A stretch of 64,000 nucleotides of DNA from Prasinococcaceae sp. CCMP 1430 (Eukaryota; Plantae; Prasinodermophyta): contig RQSC01000028.1 of NCBI GenBank assembly GCA_013416795.1, positions 342,534-406,533 of the forward strand. The letters are read 5' to 3'. Under the pieces are notes generated by a model, which saw only the letters and a program-made list of their open reading frames with translations, did no database searches and was not told where the DNA came from. Below, in pieces: positions 1-12,043 of this stretch (its first letter is position 1; each line of letters starts with the position of its first letter). Made by a program: the position numbers and the translations under genes.

Positions 1-1400
1 GCGGCGCCTCGGCCGGAGGGCGCCCGCGCGCGTGCGCGCCTCGGCGTCCGCGGGCGGCCATTCGGGAGCGTACGATTTCGACGCCGCGCGCTTCCACCAG
101 GTGTCGCTGCAGAGCGTGCACCAGACGCCCGCGTCGGGTGCGCCCAGTGGCACTGTGCTGCTCAGCCGGACCGACGAGGGCCGCGGCATGACGGAGGGGA
201 AGCAGTGCCTGGCCATCGGCATCGGCGGCGACTCGCTCCTCGCCATCGTAAACAAGGTGAGCTGGCGCGGGGCGGGGCCGCGTGCGTCGGCGCGCCAGCG
301 CGCTCCGGGCTGTCGCGCGCAGTGCAGCGTGCGCGAGCGCACTTCTCGCCACCAAATTGAGAGCCTCACTGCGCTGCTTCTGACTGCGCCGCGCGCGCGG
401 CCGCAACGGCCGTCGCACGACCCGACCCACCTGCGCACCCCGCGCGTGTCGCGCGCTTCGCCAGCTCACCGACCGCAAAGTGGAGCGCCCCATGAGTCTC
501 GACCTGCTGTGGCACGTGCTGGAACGCGGCCGCGAGCTGGCCAAATCCAATTGGGTGCGTTGTGCCAGAGCCGCCGAGCGCGTGCCCGGTCGTTCTGGCG
601 CGCTCGCGCGTCGGGCGCCCGTCGGCCGCCCGTCAGCAGCGCCGCGCCGCGCCCGTGCTGACTTGGGGCGCACGCCCACGCGCGCCCACGTGCCGCACGG
701 CTGCGCATGCGTTCTCGACGGCGAACAGACACTGAGCCACATGGCCATCATCGACCTGAGGAATGGCATCTTCATCGGCCGCTTGTTCTTCGGGGCGGGC
801 GACGGAGCAGGCTCGACGGCAACGCCGGTGTGGGACTGTGACTGCCGCCCGTCCGACGGGCTGTGGCTTGCGCTGGCAGCCAACTGCCCTGTGTACGTGT
901 CAAAGGCGGTGTGGGACTCCGCCGCCATTCCGGCAGAGGCGCTGACCGACGGCGGCGTCAACATCGACCCGTCCCAGGGCCGTGGCCAGGCGGGCCGCGC
1001 GGGCGGCGGGTCGGGGCAGCAGCAGGCGGCACAGTGGCGCGCGGGCCGTGGATCAGCTGCGGGGGCCGGCAGTGCAGGCAGCGCGAGCATAGGCACCGGT
1101 GGATCGGCCGCGAAGCTCACGCCTGTCAACTCCGATTCGGCGCCCCTCGAGACGCTGTTCACGGACGATCGCGAGCCGGTGAAGAGGCTGAAGCGGGAGC
1201 TGGGCGTCGCCATATCCGAAGAGGACTACACCACCGCCGCGCGCATTCGTGATCATCCTTACATGAAAATACACGTGCGCACAGTCGAGTGCTGGCGCGG
1301 AGGGCGCCTCTCTGAGGCGATGCAGCTCGAGGAAGAGCTCGACCGCGCCATCGAGGCAGCCATCGCCGCTGGCGACGACTCCCTCTCTGATGGCGACTGA
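1..1400 (+). CDS. Bifunctional nuclease (BFN/DUF151, BBD-like) with C-terminal UVR-like helix; 5' end probably outside or at the window edge
   Basis: Splicing introns 257-464 (GTGAGC..CCAG) and 555-728 (GTGCGT..ACAG) gives an in-frame product: ...CLAIGIGGDSLLAIVNK/LTDRKVERPMSLDLLWHVL...NW/TLSHMAIIDLRNGIFIGRLFFG...DCRPSDGLWLALAANCPVYVSKAVW...EEDYTTAARIRD. The RPSD(A/G)(I/L) and AA.IRD motifs are typical of plant BBD proteins. Confidence 0.8.
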
Positions 1401-1645
1401 GCAGCGGAGGCGCTCACGGCTGGCGAAGAGCGTGGAGAGAGAGACGCAGAGCAAATTCGTAGATGGGCGAGGGGCACGCAGACGCAGGGCCGCCCGCGGC
1501 CCACGCGCGGATGTTTGTACACTACTTTGCGCCAGCGCGCATGGCCCCCGAGCCTATCGCAGGTATCGCGCCGAAGAGAGATGGTATGTTAAAATGTTGT
1601 GACAAAGACGCTTTTGCTGCACGGCACGCTTGAGAGGCTGTTCGA

Positions 1646-3040
1646 CTAGGCCGGACCGACCGCGGGCAGCTGCGCCGTGGCGCGCCACATGAACGCTCGG
1701 CTGAGCACCATGTCCAGGTCGGCGACGTCCCACTCCTTGGTGGGCAAGCTCTGTATGAACATGACCAGGTCCTGAAACTCCATCGTGCAGACCTCGCTGC
1801 TGAATGTGAGCAGCAGGGCGGCGGCGACATAGATCAGGAAGTCCGGGAAGTCGTCACCCTCGGCCAAGTAGGCGTCCCATAGGCGCGGCGCGCAGCAGAA
1901 CGGCACCTCACGGATGAGCAGGCAGTTGAACCACCGGAACGCGAATTGCAAGAACTGCAGGCCTTGCTCCTCGATGTTGGCGGCGGCGCGCGGCTCCAGC
2001 CGCGCCACGAGCTCGGCCAGGCTGTCGCACTTGACCTGAATTCCCGGCTGTGCGAAGGTGTAGTGGTCGTGGATGCGGTCGAGCATCTCGCAGAGGCACC
2101 AATACACGTCAGCCTCGGCCGCCAGGAGCAGCGCCTCTGGCAGCGCGGACACGGCAGCTGCCACCGCGCCCTCGACGCGCCGCGCCGAGCTCGGAGTCTC
2201 CGGCGCGTCGGGCCCCAGCTGCAGCCCCCCGTCGTCTTGTGCAGGCGGCTGCTCGCTCTGCTCGGCTGCCGTGCCCCCGCCCTCCGCGTCGCCCTCCCCG
2301 CCATCATCCTCCGACGCGGTGCGCCCGAAGAAGAAGTAGTCTCGTCGCGCGCCCTCGCCGCCACGCGCGGCGCTCGCCGAGCCTGCAGCGGCGTTCTCGC
2401 GCAGTCGCTCCTCAAGGAAGACGGCGAGGAAGGGCGTGGCGAGGTCGTTGATGCCCTGCACGTAACCCGACGCCGGGTGGCGCATTGCCCACACGTACAG
2501 GCATCGATGCAGGCTCTGCTGGAGCCGCGTGTGCGCGACGAATGGCGCGCCGGCGGCCGTACGCGGTACGTCCAGTCCGATCTGCTTGTACGTCGCCTCC
2601 TCCTCCTCCGAACGGTCCAAGTCAGCGCCGGGCGCACCGAAAGTGGTGGGAAGCCAGTCCGCGTACTCGCGCCGCTTGCGGGCGAGCGCCGCCGGCCGCC
2701 GCTCAGCGGCCGGTGGCGCGTAGCCAAGGAGGATCCTCCACACGTCGGGCCTCAGATCGTCGGGCAGGCCCGCCCACGACGCATCACGCAGCGCGGCGAC
2801 GTCGACTGCCTTGGAGGCGAGCAGGCGCTCAATGCGCCCCCTCCGCGCGGCTGACACGCCGCCATCCGTCGAGTGCGCCCTCTGCGCGCGCGGCAGCTGC
2901 GACAGCGCGTCCGCGTCCGCGCCCGTGCCACCGCCCGCGCCCGCGCCCGCCTCTCTGGTCTCACCCGCTACGTCCCCAACCGCGCCGCCCCCGCCGCCGC
3001 CCACCGCCCCCTTGACGCGGCCCCATATGTGATTGAGCAT
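1646..3040 (-). CDS. GYP1: TBC-domain Rab GTPase-activating protein (TBC1D22/GYP1 family)
   Basis: Single 464-aa ORF with WAGLPDDLRPDVWRILLGY, QIGLDVPRT (IxxDxxR), GYVQGINDLATPF (YxQ), EADVYWCL and FAFRWFNCLLIRE. Confidence 0.92.
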   Translation of the reverse strand: MLNHIWGRVKGAVGGGGGGAVGDVAGETREAGAGAGGGTGADADALSQLPRAQRAHSTDGGVSAARRGRIERLLASKAVDVAALRDASWAGLPDDLRPDVWRILLGYAPPAAERRPAALARKRREYADWLPTTFGAPGADLDRSEEEEATYKQIGLDVPRTAAGAPFVAHTRLQQSLHRCLYVWAMRHPASGYVQGINDLATPFLAVFLEERLRENAAAGSASAARGGEGARRDYFFFGRTASEDDGGEGDAEGGGTAAEQSEQPPAQDDGGLQLGPDAPETPSSARRVEGAVAAAVSALPEALLLAAEADVYWCLCEMLDRIHDHYTFAQPGIQVKCDSLAELVARLEPRAAANIEEQGLQFLQFAFRWFNCLLIREVPFCCAPRLWDAYLAEGDDFPDFLIYVAAALLLTFSSEVCTMEFQDLVMFIQSLPTKEWDVADLDMVLSRAFMWRATAQLPAVGPA

Positions 3041-3210
3041 AGCGAGGTCCCTTGTGCCCCGCCTCCCCCCTTCGTCCCCCCCGGAGCCCCGCCCCTCTGG
3101 GCGGACAGGTGCCGGGGCTGGGGAGGCACTGCCTGGGCGCGGCGCGCACGCGGTGTGGCAGCGCCGCGCCGCAGCTGGCCGACCTGCGCTTCCTCCGATG
3201 GCCGCGGCCG

Positions 3211-3240
3211 AAAAAAAAAAAAAAAAAAAAAAGTGGGGGG
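3211..3240. repeat. Poly-A (22 nt) followed by a G tract
   Basis: Read directly from the sequence. Confidence 0.95.
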
Positions 3241-3289
3241 GGTGGAGCCGAGCCGTGCGCCGCGTGGACGATGGAGCCCAGGTCCGAAG

Positions 3290-3946
3290 TCACGTGCGAT
3301 TCGGCACCACAGGCAAAGAGCGCCGAAAAAACGCGCGCGCCCGGGCGGCCGGGCGCCGCGCGAACTCCGCGATACCAGCACACAACGAGGAATCGGATCT
3401 GAGCCGCGCGTTCCTGTGCGGGTGCGTGCGCCCCACCCACAGCGCGTCCGCGGGAGACGAGAGCGCACGCGCGGCGGTGCGGGTGGTGGTGGTGTGTGCG
3501 GGGGGGGGGACGCGGCGGCGCAGGGGCGCGCCCCTCGCGCCGGCGACTCGGACCTTCTCCGTAACGATGACGTCGTCGGGCGACACTTTGAACTGGTGCG
3601 GCCCGACTGCCACGACCGCAAACTCGGCCTTGCCGCGCGCGAGCTTGTCGGGCGTGTACCCGCGTCGCTCGAGCACGCTGAATCCCATCTTGGCTGCGTT
3701 GGTGCGCTGCGCGGGCGCGGGCGCGGGCGCTTCGGCACCCTCAGCGGATGCGGAGGCGGCGAAGCCGCATCCCCTTTGCGTCGTCCATCCCAGCGCCTGC
3801 TGCCGCCACGGCGCGCGCTGCTCCCGCCACCGCTGCCCCCGCATCCATCGCTGCTCCGCCGCCGCGGCGCCCGCCGCGATGCTCGACGCGGGCCTCGACG
3901 CGTGCGCGTACAACGCCGCGTTCGACGACGCGGCCAACGCCTGCAT
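3290..3946 (-). CDS. Organellar ribosomal protein bL21-like (probably mitochondrial); only the N-terminal half of the L21 domain is recognisable
   Basis: A transit-peptide-like Ala/Arg-rich N-terminus is followed by FAVVAVGPHQFKVSPDDVIVTEK, which matches the bL21 start (FAVV..G.HQFKVS..D.I..E+L). The C-terminal KKKRRK..GHRQ motif is not found in any minus-strand frame downstream. Confidence 0.6.
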   Translation of the reverse strand: MQALAASSNAALYAHASRPASSIAAGAAAAEQRWMRGQRWREQRAPWRQQALGWTTQRGCGFAASASAEGAEAPAPAPAQRTNAAKMGFSVLERRGYTPDKLARGKAEFAVVAVGPHQFKVSPDDVIVTEKVRVAGARGAPLRRRVPPPAHTTTTRTAARALSSPADALWVGRTHPHRNARLRSDSSLCAGIAEFARRPAARARAFFRRSLPVVPNRT

Positions 3947-4211
3947 CGACTCCGCGTGCGGCGGCCGCGAGGCCTCGCGGCGGCGGCGGTGCTGTGGGGG
4001 GCTGCTGCTGCTGCCCGTGCTGGCCGGCGTGGTGGTGACGGCGGCGCTGCTGCTCTACCGCCTCGTGCTCGCCGCAGGGGGCGCGGGGATCGACGACCGT
4101 GCGGGGCTCGTGCGCGGAGCGCAGCGTGCCCCTGAGGGCGCGCTGCAGCAGACGGACGCGCTCCAGGAGGCAGCAGCAGCGGCGGCGGTGGCGGCCGAGG
4201 GCGGACATTGA
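3879..4211 (+). CDS. Small hypothetical single-pass membrane protein (110 aa)
   Basis: From ATG 3879 almost every codon ends in G or C. It encodes a Cys-containing N-terminus, an RRRR basic patch and a hydrophobic helix (GLLLLPVLAGVVVTAALLLYRLVLAAG). It overlaps the 5' end of the bL21-like ORF on the opposite strand. Confidence 0.4.
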   Translation: MLDAGLDACAYNAAFDDAANACIDSACGGREASRRRRCCGGLLLLPVLAGVVVTAALLLYRLVLAAGGAGIDDRAGLVRGAQRAPEGALQQTDALQEAAAAAAVAAEGGH

Positions 4212-4280
4212 GCGCCAGTCGCTGCAAAGCGAGCGAGCGGCTCCTCGATAGGCCTGATCTCCACCGCCTACGCGACGCAC

Positions 4281-7200
4281 ATGGTAGGCGCCGCTGGCGA
4301 CCGCGCTGTCGCCGTGCTCGCGCCTCGCGCGGCGGCGGTCGCAGCTCTGCTCGGTGGCACACATGGGAGGCAGTACGAGGGGCAGCAGCAGCCTCCGCTT
4401 GGCCCTGTAGAGCTTGGCGAGCTTGCGGACGACCTACGTGCCATCGGTGACGCGCTGGGAGCGCTGGGATCAGGCGATGCGAGCGAGGTGCGCCACGCTG
4501 GAGGCGGCGAGGACGGCGGCGGCACCGATGGCCCGGCCATGCTAGCGTGGGTCGACTTCGCTCTGCTGCCACTGCTCGGGGCGAGCGAGGCGGTGCGCAC
4601 TGGCCGCGCCCGCGGCGCGCGCGCATGCGAAGCGCTCGCGGGCGCGCTCGAGGCGCTGTGTACACAGGCCGGCGGCGAGCTGCGAACGCAAGCACAGTTC
4701 GCGCAGCTGCTGAGGGCGCTCGTGACGCTCGCCTCGGCGCCGCGCGACTCGCGCCAGGGTGCGGTTGGTGACGCAGGCGGCGACACACCGTCTGTCGGCG
4801 GCGCCGTGAGCGAGGAGGCTGCACACTGCGCGGTCCGAGCCTTGATCGCTCTGATGGAGCGAGCCGAGCGCGAGGGTGCTGCGTGTGCGTACACGCTTCG
4901 CGGTGTGGCCAACTCGCCCGGCGTGGGGCATTTGCTCTCTGCGCTGCTTGGCGTTTGCGCCGCCGAGGCGGAAGCGGGCGCCGCGGGCAGCCGCGCTCTG
5001 CTGACTGATGCGGCACGCGCCCTCGGCCGCGCTCTGCGCGCCGTTGGCAACGCCGATGATCTCGCATTCTTCCTGCCGGGGGTAGCATCGGGCATCTGCA
5101 AGTTGCTGGTCAAGGTGAGAAGAGCCGGCGCTTGCACGCGCACCGCATGTGGCGCCCATCTACCGCGGCGCACGCGAGCGCACCCCAGCGCGTGCAACTA
5201 CGTGCATGCACGCCAGCCCCACTCCTGCTGACACGCGCGAGTTACGCACACGGCCGCAATTTGCCGCACGTTGCCGCATATGGCGGGCGGGCGGGCACCT
5301 GGTCTCCTTCCATGGCCGTGCGGCCGCAGAGCGCGGGCGGCGCCGCAGCTACCGCTCGGCGGCAAGCTGGCGCAGGATTCGGTGGCACGCCTGTCGCAGG
5401 AGCTGCGGGTGGCGGGGCAGGGATAGCCGAGTGCATTGGTGCGCTCTCGGATTTGCTTGGCACGGTCATGAGCGATCAGGCCAACGCCGCCGCCCTGAAA
5501 TCACGACGCCAGGCTGCGCCCAATGGCGCGGACGGCGAGGGCGTGCTCGACAGCCTCAGGCGCCTTGCCGTCAACGATGGCAGCGATGGCAGCAGCGGTG
5601 GCAGTGACGGTCAGCATATGAATGGGTTGGGGGGCGCGGGCAGCAGCAGCAGCAGGGATGCCTCGGGCGAACGCTGCGCACGCCCCCCTTCGCCTTCGGA
5701 CCTGAGCTCGCACTCCTTTCGTGTCGATCGGAATGCCGCATGGCTGTGCTCCACAAGCGAACGCCTCGCATCCATGCTCGAGGCTGGACTGGTACCCGCA
5801 TGCTTGCATCCACGCGCTGGTGTGCGCAAGGCACTCGTGGCGCTATGCGCGCGCCTGAGCGACAGCTGTGGCGCTTCGCTCGGTTGCGGCGAGGTCGCGC
5901 GTGTGCTCCTCCGGTGCATGATGCAGCTGGCTCTCGACAACAGCACTGAAATTGCCCAGGAAGCGCGCGGGTCTCTACTGCGCGCGGTGACATCGCGTCC
6001 AGCTTGGCGCGAGGCAGTGGAATCCTCATTTACCAGCTCACTCGCAGAGCTGAAGCGAGCAGTTGAAGGGAAAGCAAGCGCAGGTGTGGTGGTCGCACGA
6101 GCGAGGAGACTCGCCGCGGCGGTGCAGATGGCTGGCGCGCGCGGTCTGTGGCGCGTGGCGCTCGCCACGCGCGCAGATGTGCGTTCCCTTGCTCTCGACC
6201 TTATTGCCATGCTGCGACTGCGCGTGAGTGCGCACACCAAGGCGGAGCACCGTCCCGCAGGCGCAGTGGTGGCACTCAGAAAGGAGCATGAGCCCCCAAC
6301 CTCCACGGAAGGCGATGCAGCCCAGGACGAAGTCGCAACGAGCGGTGTTCATAGCACATCCAATCCGGCCGGCGCCGATACAGCAGTGGGCAGGGCGTCT
6401 GAAGGCGCCAGTGGAATGCAGCCTCATGCGCCCGACGCCGTCGCGAGCGCTCTTCCTCGCATGCCACCCGCCCTGGCGCACGATATGTCGCAGGAGGCGT
6501 ATAACGCCATTGCACACGCCATCCGAGGGATCGGGCACGTGCTTGCGCGCGCAGACGCAGCTGGGACGGGCGCAAAAGCAGTTGAAGGTGGCAGAGGGAT
6601 TGGGTCGGTGATGCCTCATGCACGCTCGTTTCGCGCGCTCTGCTCGGAGCTCACGTCTTTGTTGCGCGCTGCAGCCACCAGCCTGGAGCGTCACATGCCG
6701 CGAGGTCTCGATCGCAACTCGAGCGTTGGACACGTTGCGTTGGCTCCGCAAAGCGCCCTGCGCGACGGCAGCGCGCTGGCTGCATCACTTGACAGGGAGA
6801 GAGCAGCCTCGGCGGCGGTGGTGCTCGCCGAGCTCATCTATGGCGCGTCAAAGTGTTGTGACGATGGGCGCTTTTGGGATCACATCGAAGATGAAGGAGC
6901 AGCGGCAATCAGTGAGGGGACGGTGCCCCGATCTCGCACTCATGGTCGCGGCAGCACGGCCGCTAGCCAGAAGGGAGAGGCCGTCAGTGGTGCACTCGAG
7001 TGCGTGCTTGTCGTCTCGGCCGACGCAATCGACGAGGTGCTCAACCCATCGCTATGGGAATCGGCCGGGGGTGCAATCGGCGAGGATAGCGTTTCACCGT
7101 TGCTCACGGGCGTCGATCGCACCTGCGTGACAGTGTCGCAGCAGGCATTACTTGAGGTGCTTGGAACGCTCGCGCGAGCATGCGGCGCTGGTTTCAGCTC

Positions 7201-9045
7201 ATCGGCGCGCCTGCTCGCAGCGACGCTCTACCCGCTGCTGCAAGCATTTGGTGCAGACGGCCGCGCCGGCGGCAGCGTTGAAGCTTCGAGCTCGGCGCAT
7301 GCGGCCCTGCTTGCGCTTTGTGAGGCTGGTGGGCACGCGTCGCTGCGCGGACTGATTGCTTCCAACACGGACTATATTGTTGACGCGCTGTGCCGTGGCA
7401 TGCGCCATATCGAGCTGCACCCGCGCAGCCCTGAGCTCTTCAGGGCGGTCATGTGCAAGGCCGGTGCGGATACTGCCTCGGACATATTGCCAATCATCGC
7501 GGAGCCAATGCGGACTGTGGTCAAGGTGCGCGGGCGGTGTCGAGGCGCGCATGCGTATGTGTGGCGCAATTATCCTCTTCAGTGACGAGTGCGAGGCTCT
7601 GCGTGCAGCTAACACCCGCGTGGTGCCGTTCGTGTGGACCCCTCCCATCCACGTTGGCACAGTCGCTGGACGTGACCTCCCGCGCGGCTTCGGCCATGCA
7701 CCTACGCGCCTTTTCTGAGATTGTCTTGCATGTATGCCGCGCGTTGCGTCTCGATGCAGCGCGACTGCGTGCGACGACCAAAGAGGCACTCGCACTCACG
7801 AGCGCGGCTGCCGAAGAGCATGCGTCCGAGAGCGGGGGTGCTGTCGACGGCGCTCATACGCCAACCATCGGGGAGGCGGATTCTGACGACGAGGACGACT
7901 TCGATGCAGAGGGTATCTCTAGCAGCAGTCCCCCCGCACAGCAGCGGCCGTGCACAGATACGAGGGCGTTGCGCGCTGCTGCTTCCGCTCCGAAGCGATG
8001 CGCGCGTTGCGTGATGGCGTTACGGCTCGCCTCGTCTGCTCTTGAGGCCGCCTTGCCGCTCTCGCAGGAACGCACTCTCACGACAGGCGATGCTGTCGTG
8101 CAGCTGAACGCTCTGCAGGCTTTGGGCACGTGTCTCGAGGCGCTCGCGCGTGTCGACGAGGCGATATCAGTGGAGCACAACATCGCGTCGCTGCTGGCAG
8201 AGCTCCAATTGAGTCCTGAGCCTCCGGAGGATCGCGTGGAGGCGCTCGGTGCGACGGACCATGCCGAGCTGCCACGCCTGCTGCCTTCAGTTGTGCTCGC
8301 GTGGCCAGGCGTCAGGGCGATGCTGCAGTCGCCGCAGGTGCCTGTCGCGAGTGCGGCGCTCGAGGCTATGGCGAGCGTACTCTCTACCGGCGGTAGCTTC
8401 ATGTCGCGGCGATTTGGCGACGAGGGCGTCCCAGATCTCATCAGGCTGCTGCGCCACGGCCCCACACCGGCGCGGGTGGCACCTGGCGTGCGCGCTCGCT
8501 ATTTGACAGATCGTGCAGCAATCGAGGCGACGATTCGAACGGGCGTTGGCCTCACCAAGGAGGACGAGGTCTCCAATGAGTCCATGCGGGCTGTGCGCTC
8601 GGCCGCTCTCAGGTGCATCGCACGCGCCGGCGCGGCCCGCTGCATCCCGCAGCAGAGCGCGGCGCTCCTCGCGCGAGAAGTCATGGCCCACCTTGCGTCG
8701 CTCCCCGAGGAGGCGCAGCCTGCGCTTGCCGCACTGTACGAGGCCGAGCCGGACGGCGTCTGGTACGAACTCTTCATCGCGGCGATGGACGGCACGGCGG
8801 GCAGCGAGACGGATGTGCAGAGCATCGGGAGTGATGGCTGCCCCCGGGAGCCCTCGGTGGACGGCCTGCCTCGAGTCGCGGAGCTGATCGCCAGGGCCGG
8901 TGGCCTGGCCAGAGAGACCGACGAGATCGCGCCGCGATGCGCGCCGCATGACGCGGCGCGCTCGCTGGTCAAGCTCGACGCTCGCGGCTGCTGCGCCGCG
9001 GCGCTCCATTCGCTGGCGAATCTGACGTCGAAGAATGTACTGTAA
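4281..9045 (+). CDS. TTI1: TELO2-interacting protein 1 (TTT complex subunit), HEAT repeats
   Basis: Three long ORFs are joined by phase-0 introns 5115-5329 and 7526-7662. Motifs include LAFFLPGVASGICKLL, FRVDRNAAWL..TSERL, SLRGLIASNTDYIVDAL and GGSFMSRRF, as in TTI1 family proteins. Confidence 0.85.
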
Positions 9046-9337
9046 GTGATATGTGGTGCCCGCTCGTTGATCTACCGTCAAACGTCGAAATCGAAATGTT
9101 GACGACACGAGCGTGTTTTTTCCAGCGCGCCCAAACCCTCGTTTACTCATTTGCCGCGCTCAATGCCTTCAATGCGCCTTGGTGGCACCCGCCCTCGCAC
9201 CGCCGCCGCCGCCGCCCACGGTCGTTTGTGTTTGTGCTCGCTCGGCTCGACCCCGGGTGAAGTGAGGGGTGGGATGCGGCTGTGGCGCCGCCACCCGCGC
9301 GGGCGCGGCCGCGGCCGCCCCCACGAGGGACGAGCCC

Positions 9338-10568
9338 ATGTACTTCGTCACCTGCCGCAACGTCCTGAGCGAAGGACCAGGACCCGCCAATGAGTGCCTC
9401 GGGAAGGAGGTGCGCGCGTGGCGTGGGACCTGATTGAGCGCGCTGCTGAGGCGGCCTCAGGGCAGCCCCAGAGCGCGGCTCGCCGCGCTCTGTCTGTCTG
9501 ACGCGGCTTGCGCCACTGGCGCGTTTCTCCGTCCGCTCTTGGCAGCTGAACGAGCGCGCGCCCGACAACCTGCGCGCGGGCGAGGCCTGGCTCGTCGGCG
9601 ACGAGTACTACGTCAAGCTATATCCAGATGAGGACCTCCAGGCGACTCCCTCCGCGGGTGGTGATGACGAGCTGAAGGAGGAGAGCGATGGCGTCGACGC
9701 GCCGAAGGTCGAGCGGCCTCGCTGGCCGAGCGAGCGCGCCTACCTCTCCCTCGTGGCGCGCGCCAACCTTGCAAAGTCTCCGATCACCGTGGTGGTGCAC
9801 GGCTGCTTCACGAACCCTCGCGAAGGACTCGAACAGGCCGCGGGGCTGCAGGCCAAGTATGGCGCTGAGTGTGTGCCCTTCCTTTGGCCGGCCAACGGCA
9901 GGGCGACCCCGTGGGACTATCGCAGTGACAAGGCCGACGCCGAAATCTCCGCTCCGGCGTTCGGCCGCTTCCTGGCCAAGGCCGCGTTGTACCACACCAA
10001 GCACTCCCTCGTCTTCCGCGGTCGGCGCCAGGAGTGCCGCGTCCCCGCCGTGACGCTCGTGGCCCACAGCATGGGCTGTTATCTGCTCAAGCTCGCCGTG
10101 CTGAGCGAGAATACCGCCTGGGGCCCGAGGGGCCTCAGGCGCGACGAGGCGCCCGTGTTCGACAACATCGCCATAGTCGGCGCAGACGTCAACTCATGGG
10201 ACCATCTGATGTGGGTCGACGACCTGGCGCCGAGCGGGTCGGTCTTCATCACCTCAAATCCCAAGGACAAGGCCCTCCTGGCGAGCGACGTGTTTCCCGG
10301 CGAGAAGCAGTTGGCCCGCCTGGGCCAGACGGTGGAAGACGCCGAGCCCAAGAAGAAGGCCAGGGTGTACGTCGAGTTTGACATCGTGGAACCTGAGAAC
10401 CCCAGGGAACACGGGTACCACACGGTGAACACGAGTGGCGGACCCATCGAGAGGTTCTTCAGCGCCGTCATGCGCGGCGAGCGCTTCTCGCCCGCGCGGT
10501 TCGGCGCCGAGCTGGACATCGACACTGGGTGCTATGTGATCTCATCACGGGCAATTGGGACTGAATAA
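9338..10568 (+). CDS. Alpha/beta hydrolase, DUF900-like (bacterial-type esterase/lipase)
   Basis: Exon 1 (9338-9409, MYFVTCRNVL...) joins exon 2 (9546-10568) through phase-0 intron 9410-9545. Motifs: VVVHG..TN, VPFLWP, nucleophile elbow AHSMG, IVGADV, and a C-terminal H in EHGYH. Confidence 0.8.
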
Positions 10569-10608
10569 AGATTGTAGCGTCACTGTGACATTGTGATTAC
10601 CCCGCCCC

Positions 10609-12029
10609 TCATGCCATGCTGCCATCCTCCTCGCGCGCGCCGATGTCCTCGGCGGCTGTCCGCAGGCCCTCGCAGAGAAAGTCGAGAGGAAGTATTGAAA
10701 ACGGCTCCTCTTTTCGCGCGGCGCGCCGGGGCGAGCGCGTGCCGGAGTTAGCGCGCGTTGCGGAGCTGCGATGGCGAACGTGCATACACGCGTGGTGGGC
10801 ACACCGCAAACGCCCTGGCGGGCTCGCGCGCAGAACGCACCGAGCTGAACTGCGAGCTCCTCGATGCCGAAGAGGAAAATGGCCATCAGCGCCGAGGCTG
10901 GCACCAGCGCGATGTGATTCCAGTCCTCTGCGAATGGCTCGTACAACGCCAGAGGGACCAGCAGCAGCCACGCGCTCAGAAATCGCGCCGTGTGCCTGGT
11001 GTAGACGAGGGGCACTGGCGACGTAAAAATGCGCTCACACGTCTCCAGCGCGTCAGTCATGAGTATCACGGACTTGTCGCTCTCCACTCGTCGCTTCTCG
11101 TCCATGGGCAGGTCGTCCATCAGGCGCGAGAGATGTGCGAGCGCGCGCAGCGGACGATTGCGCGCGCGCATGAGCTCGTCCGCGCGTTCCTCGCCGACAG
11201 TCGCCACCAGGTCCGCGCGCAGAGCCACCTGCGCGTCAGGGCCAAGGAACTGCGCTTGCATGCAGCGCGCAAATGCCCACACCGCGTCGCACACCCCCGA
11301 CACGCCTGCCCGACGCGCGGCCTCGTGCTCCGCATCCCCCTCGAGGTCGTTCTGCATGGCATACGTAGCCGTCCAGACCTCTGACTGCCGCATGATGTTG
11401 CGGCCGTGCGAAACGACGCGTCCCCACGCGACGCGCGCTTCAGACCACCGTGCGTAAGATGTGTTCGTCCTGAACACGAGCAGCAGCCCCAGTGCGGGCG
11501 AGCTGAGCGTGAACGGGAGCGCCGGAAGCGCGAGCAGGTGGTACTCGGACCCGTTACCTATCAGCGCTGGATGGACCGCGCCCGACCAGTCCTCGTAGCC
11601 CCCGGCGAGCGCGTTCCACACGACCACGGTTGTCGCCACGCCCGTCACGACGCCGACCTCGGTGACCAGCGAGCGCACAACACCACTGCTGAAGATGCCT
11701 TGCAGGTTGCGAAAAAGTCGGGTGGGCGAGCGGTGTTTCAACCAGTCCTCCGACCGGTACACTGTCCGACGGTATCGCCGCGAGTCCTCGCCATACGGGA
11801 CGCTGCCCTGCTCGAGAAGGGCAGCGCGGATGGACCCGGGGCGCGGCGAAGCGTTCGCGACCTCGTCCGCGCGGGCTGCCGTCTTCGGGGGGTCAACCTC
11901 ACGAACGCTCCCGCGGGACTTCACTGCCACGGTCGCGCGGCGTTGCTGCCGCCATCGTCGCTGCGGCGCGGCGCGGCCTCGCGCGCTCCCGCTCGCTCGC
12001 TCGCACGGCGCCCGCAGCGCTGCGGCCAT
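10609..12029 (-). CDS. Bestrophin-like UPF0187 anion channel (VCCN1/BST-type, plastid transit peptide)
   Basis: Motifs: SRRYRRTVY..EDWLKHRS, LGLLLVFRTNTSYARWSEAR..WG, CERIFTSPVPLVYTRHTARFL, LFGIEELAVQL/EEPFSILPLD. Intron 10710-10840 (phase 1) completes QLEEPF. Confidence 0.92.
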
Positions 12030-12043
12030 CGAGGCGGCGGCTN

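Noticed and set aside
2968-5088. Long antisense or alternative-frame ORFs (also e.g. 21620-24163, 49332-52583, 15872-17944)
   Set aside because: Arg/Ala/Pro-rich shadow ORFs, expected from stop-codon scarcity at very high GC. They overlap better-supported genes.
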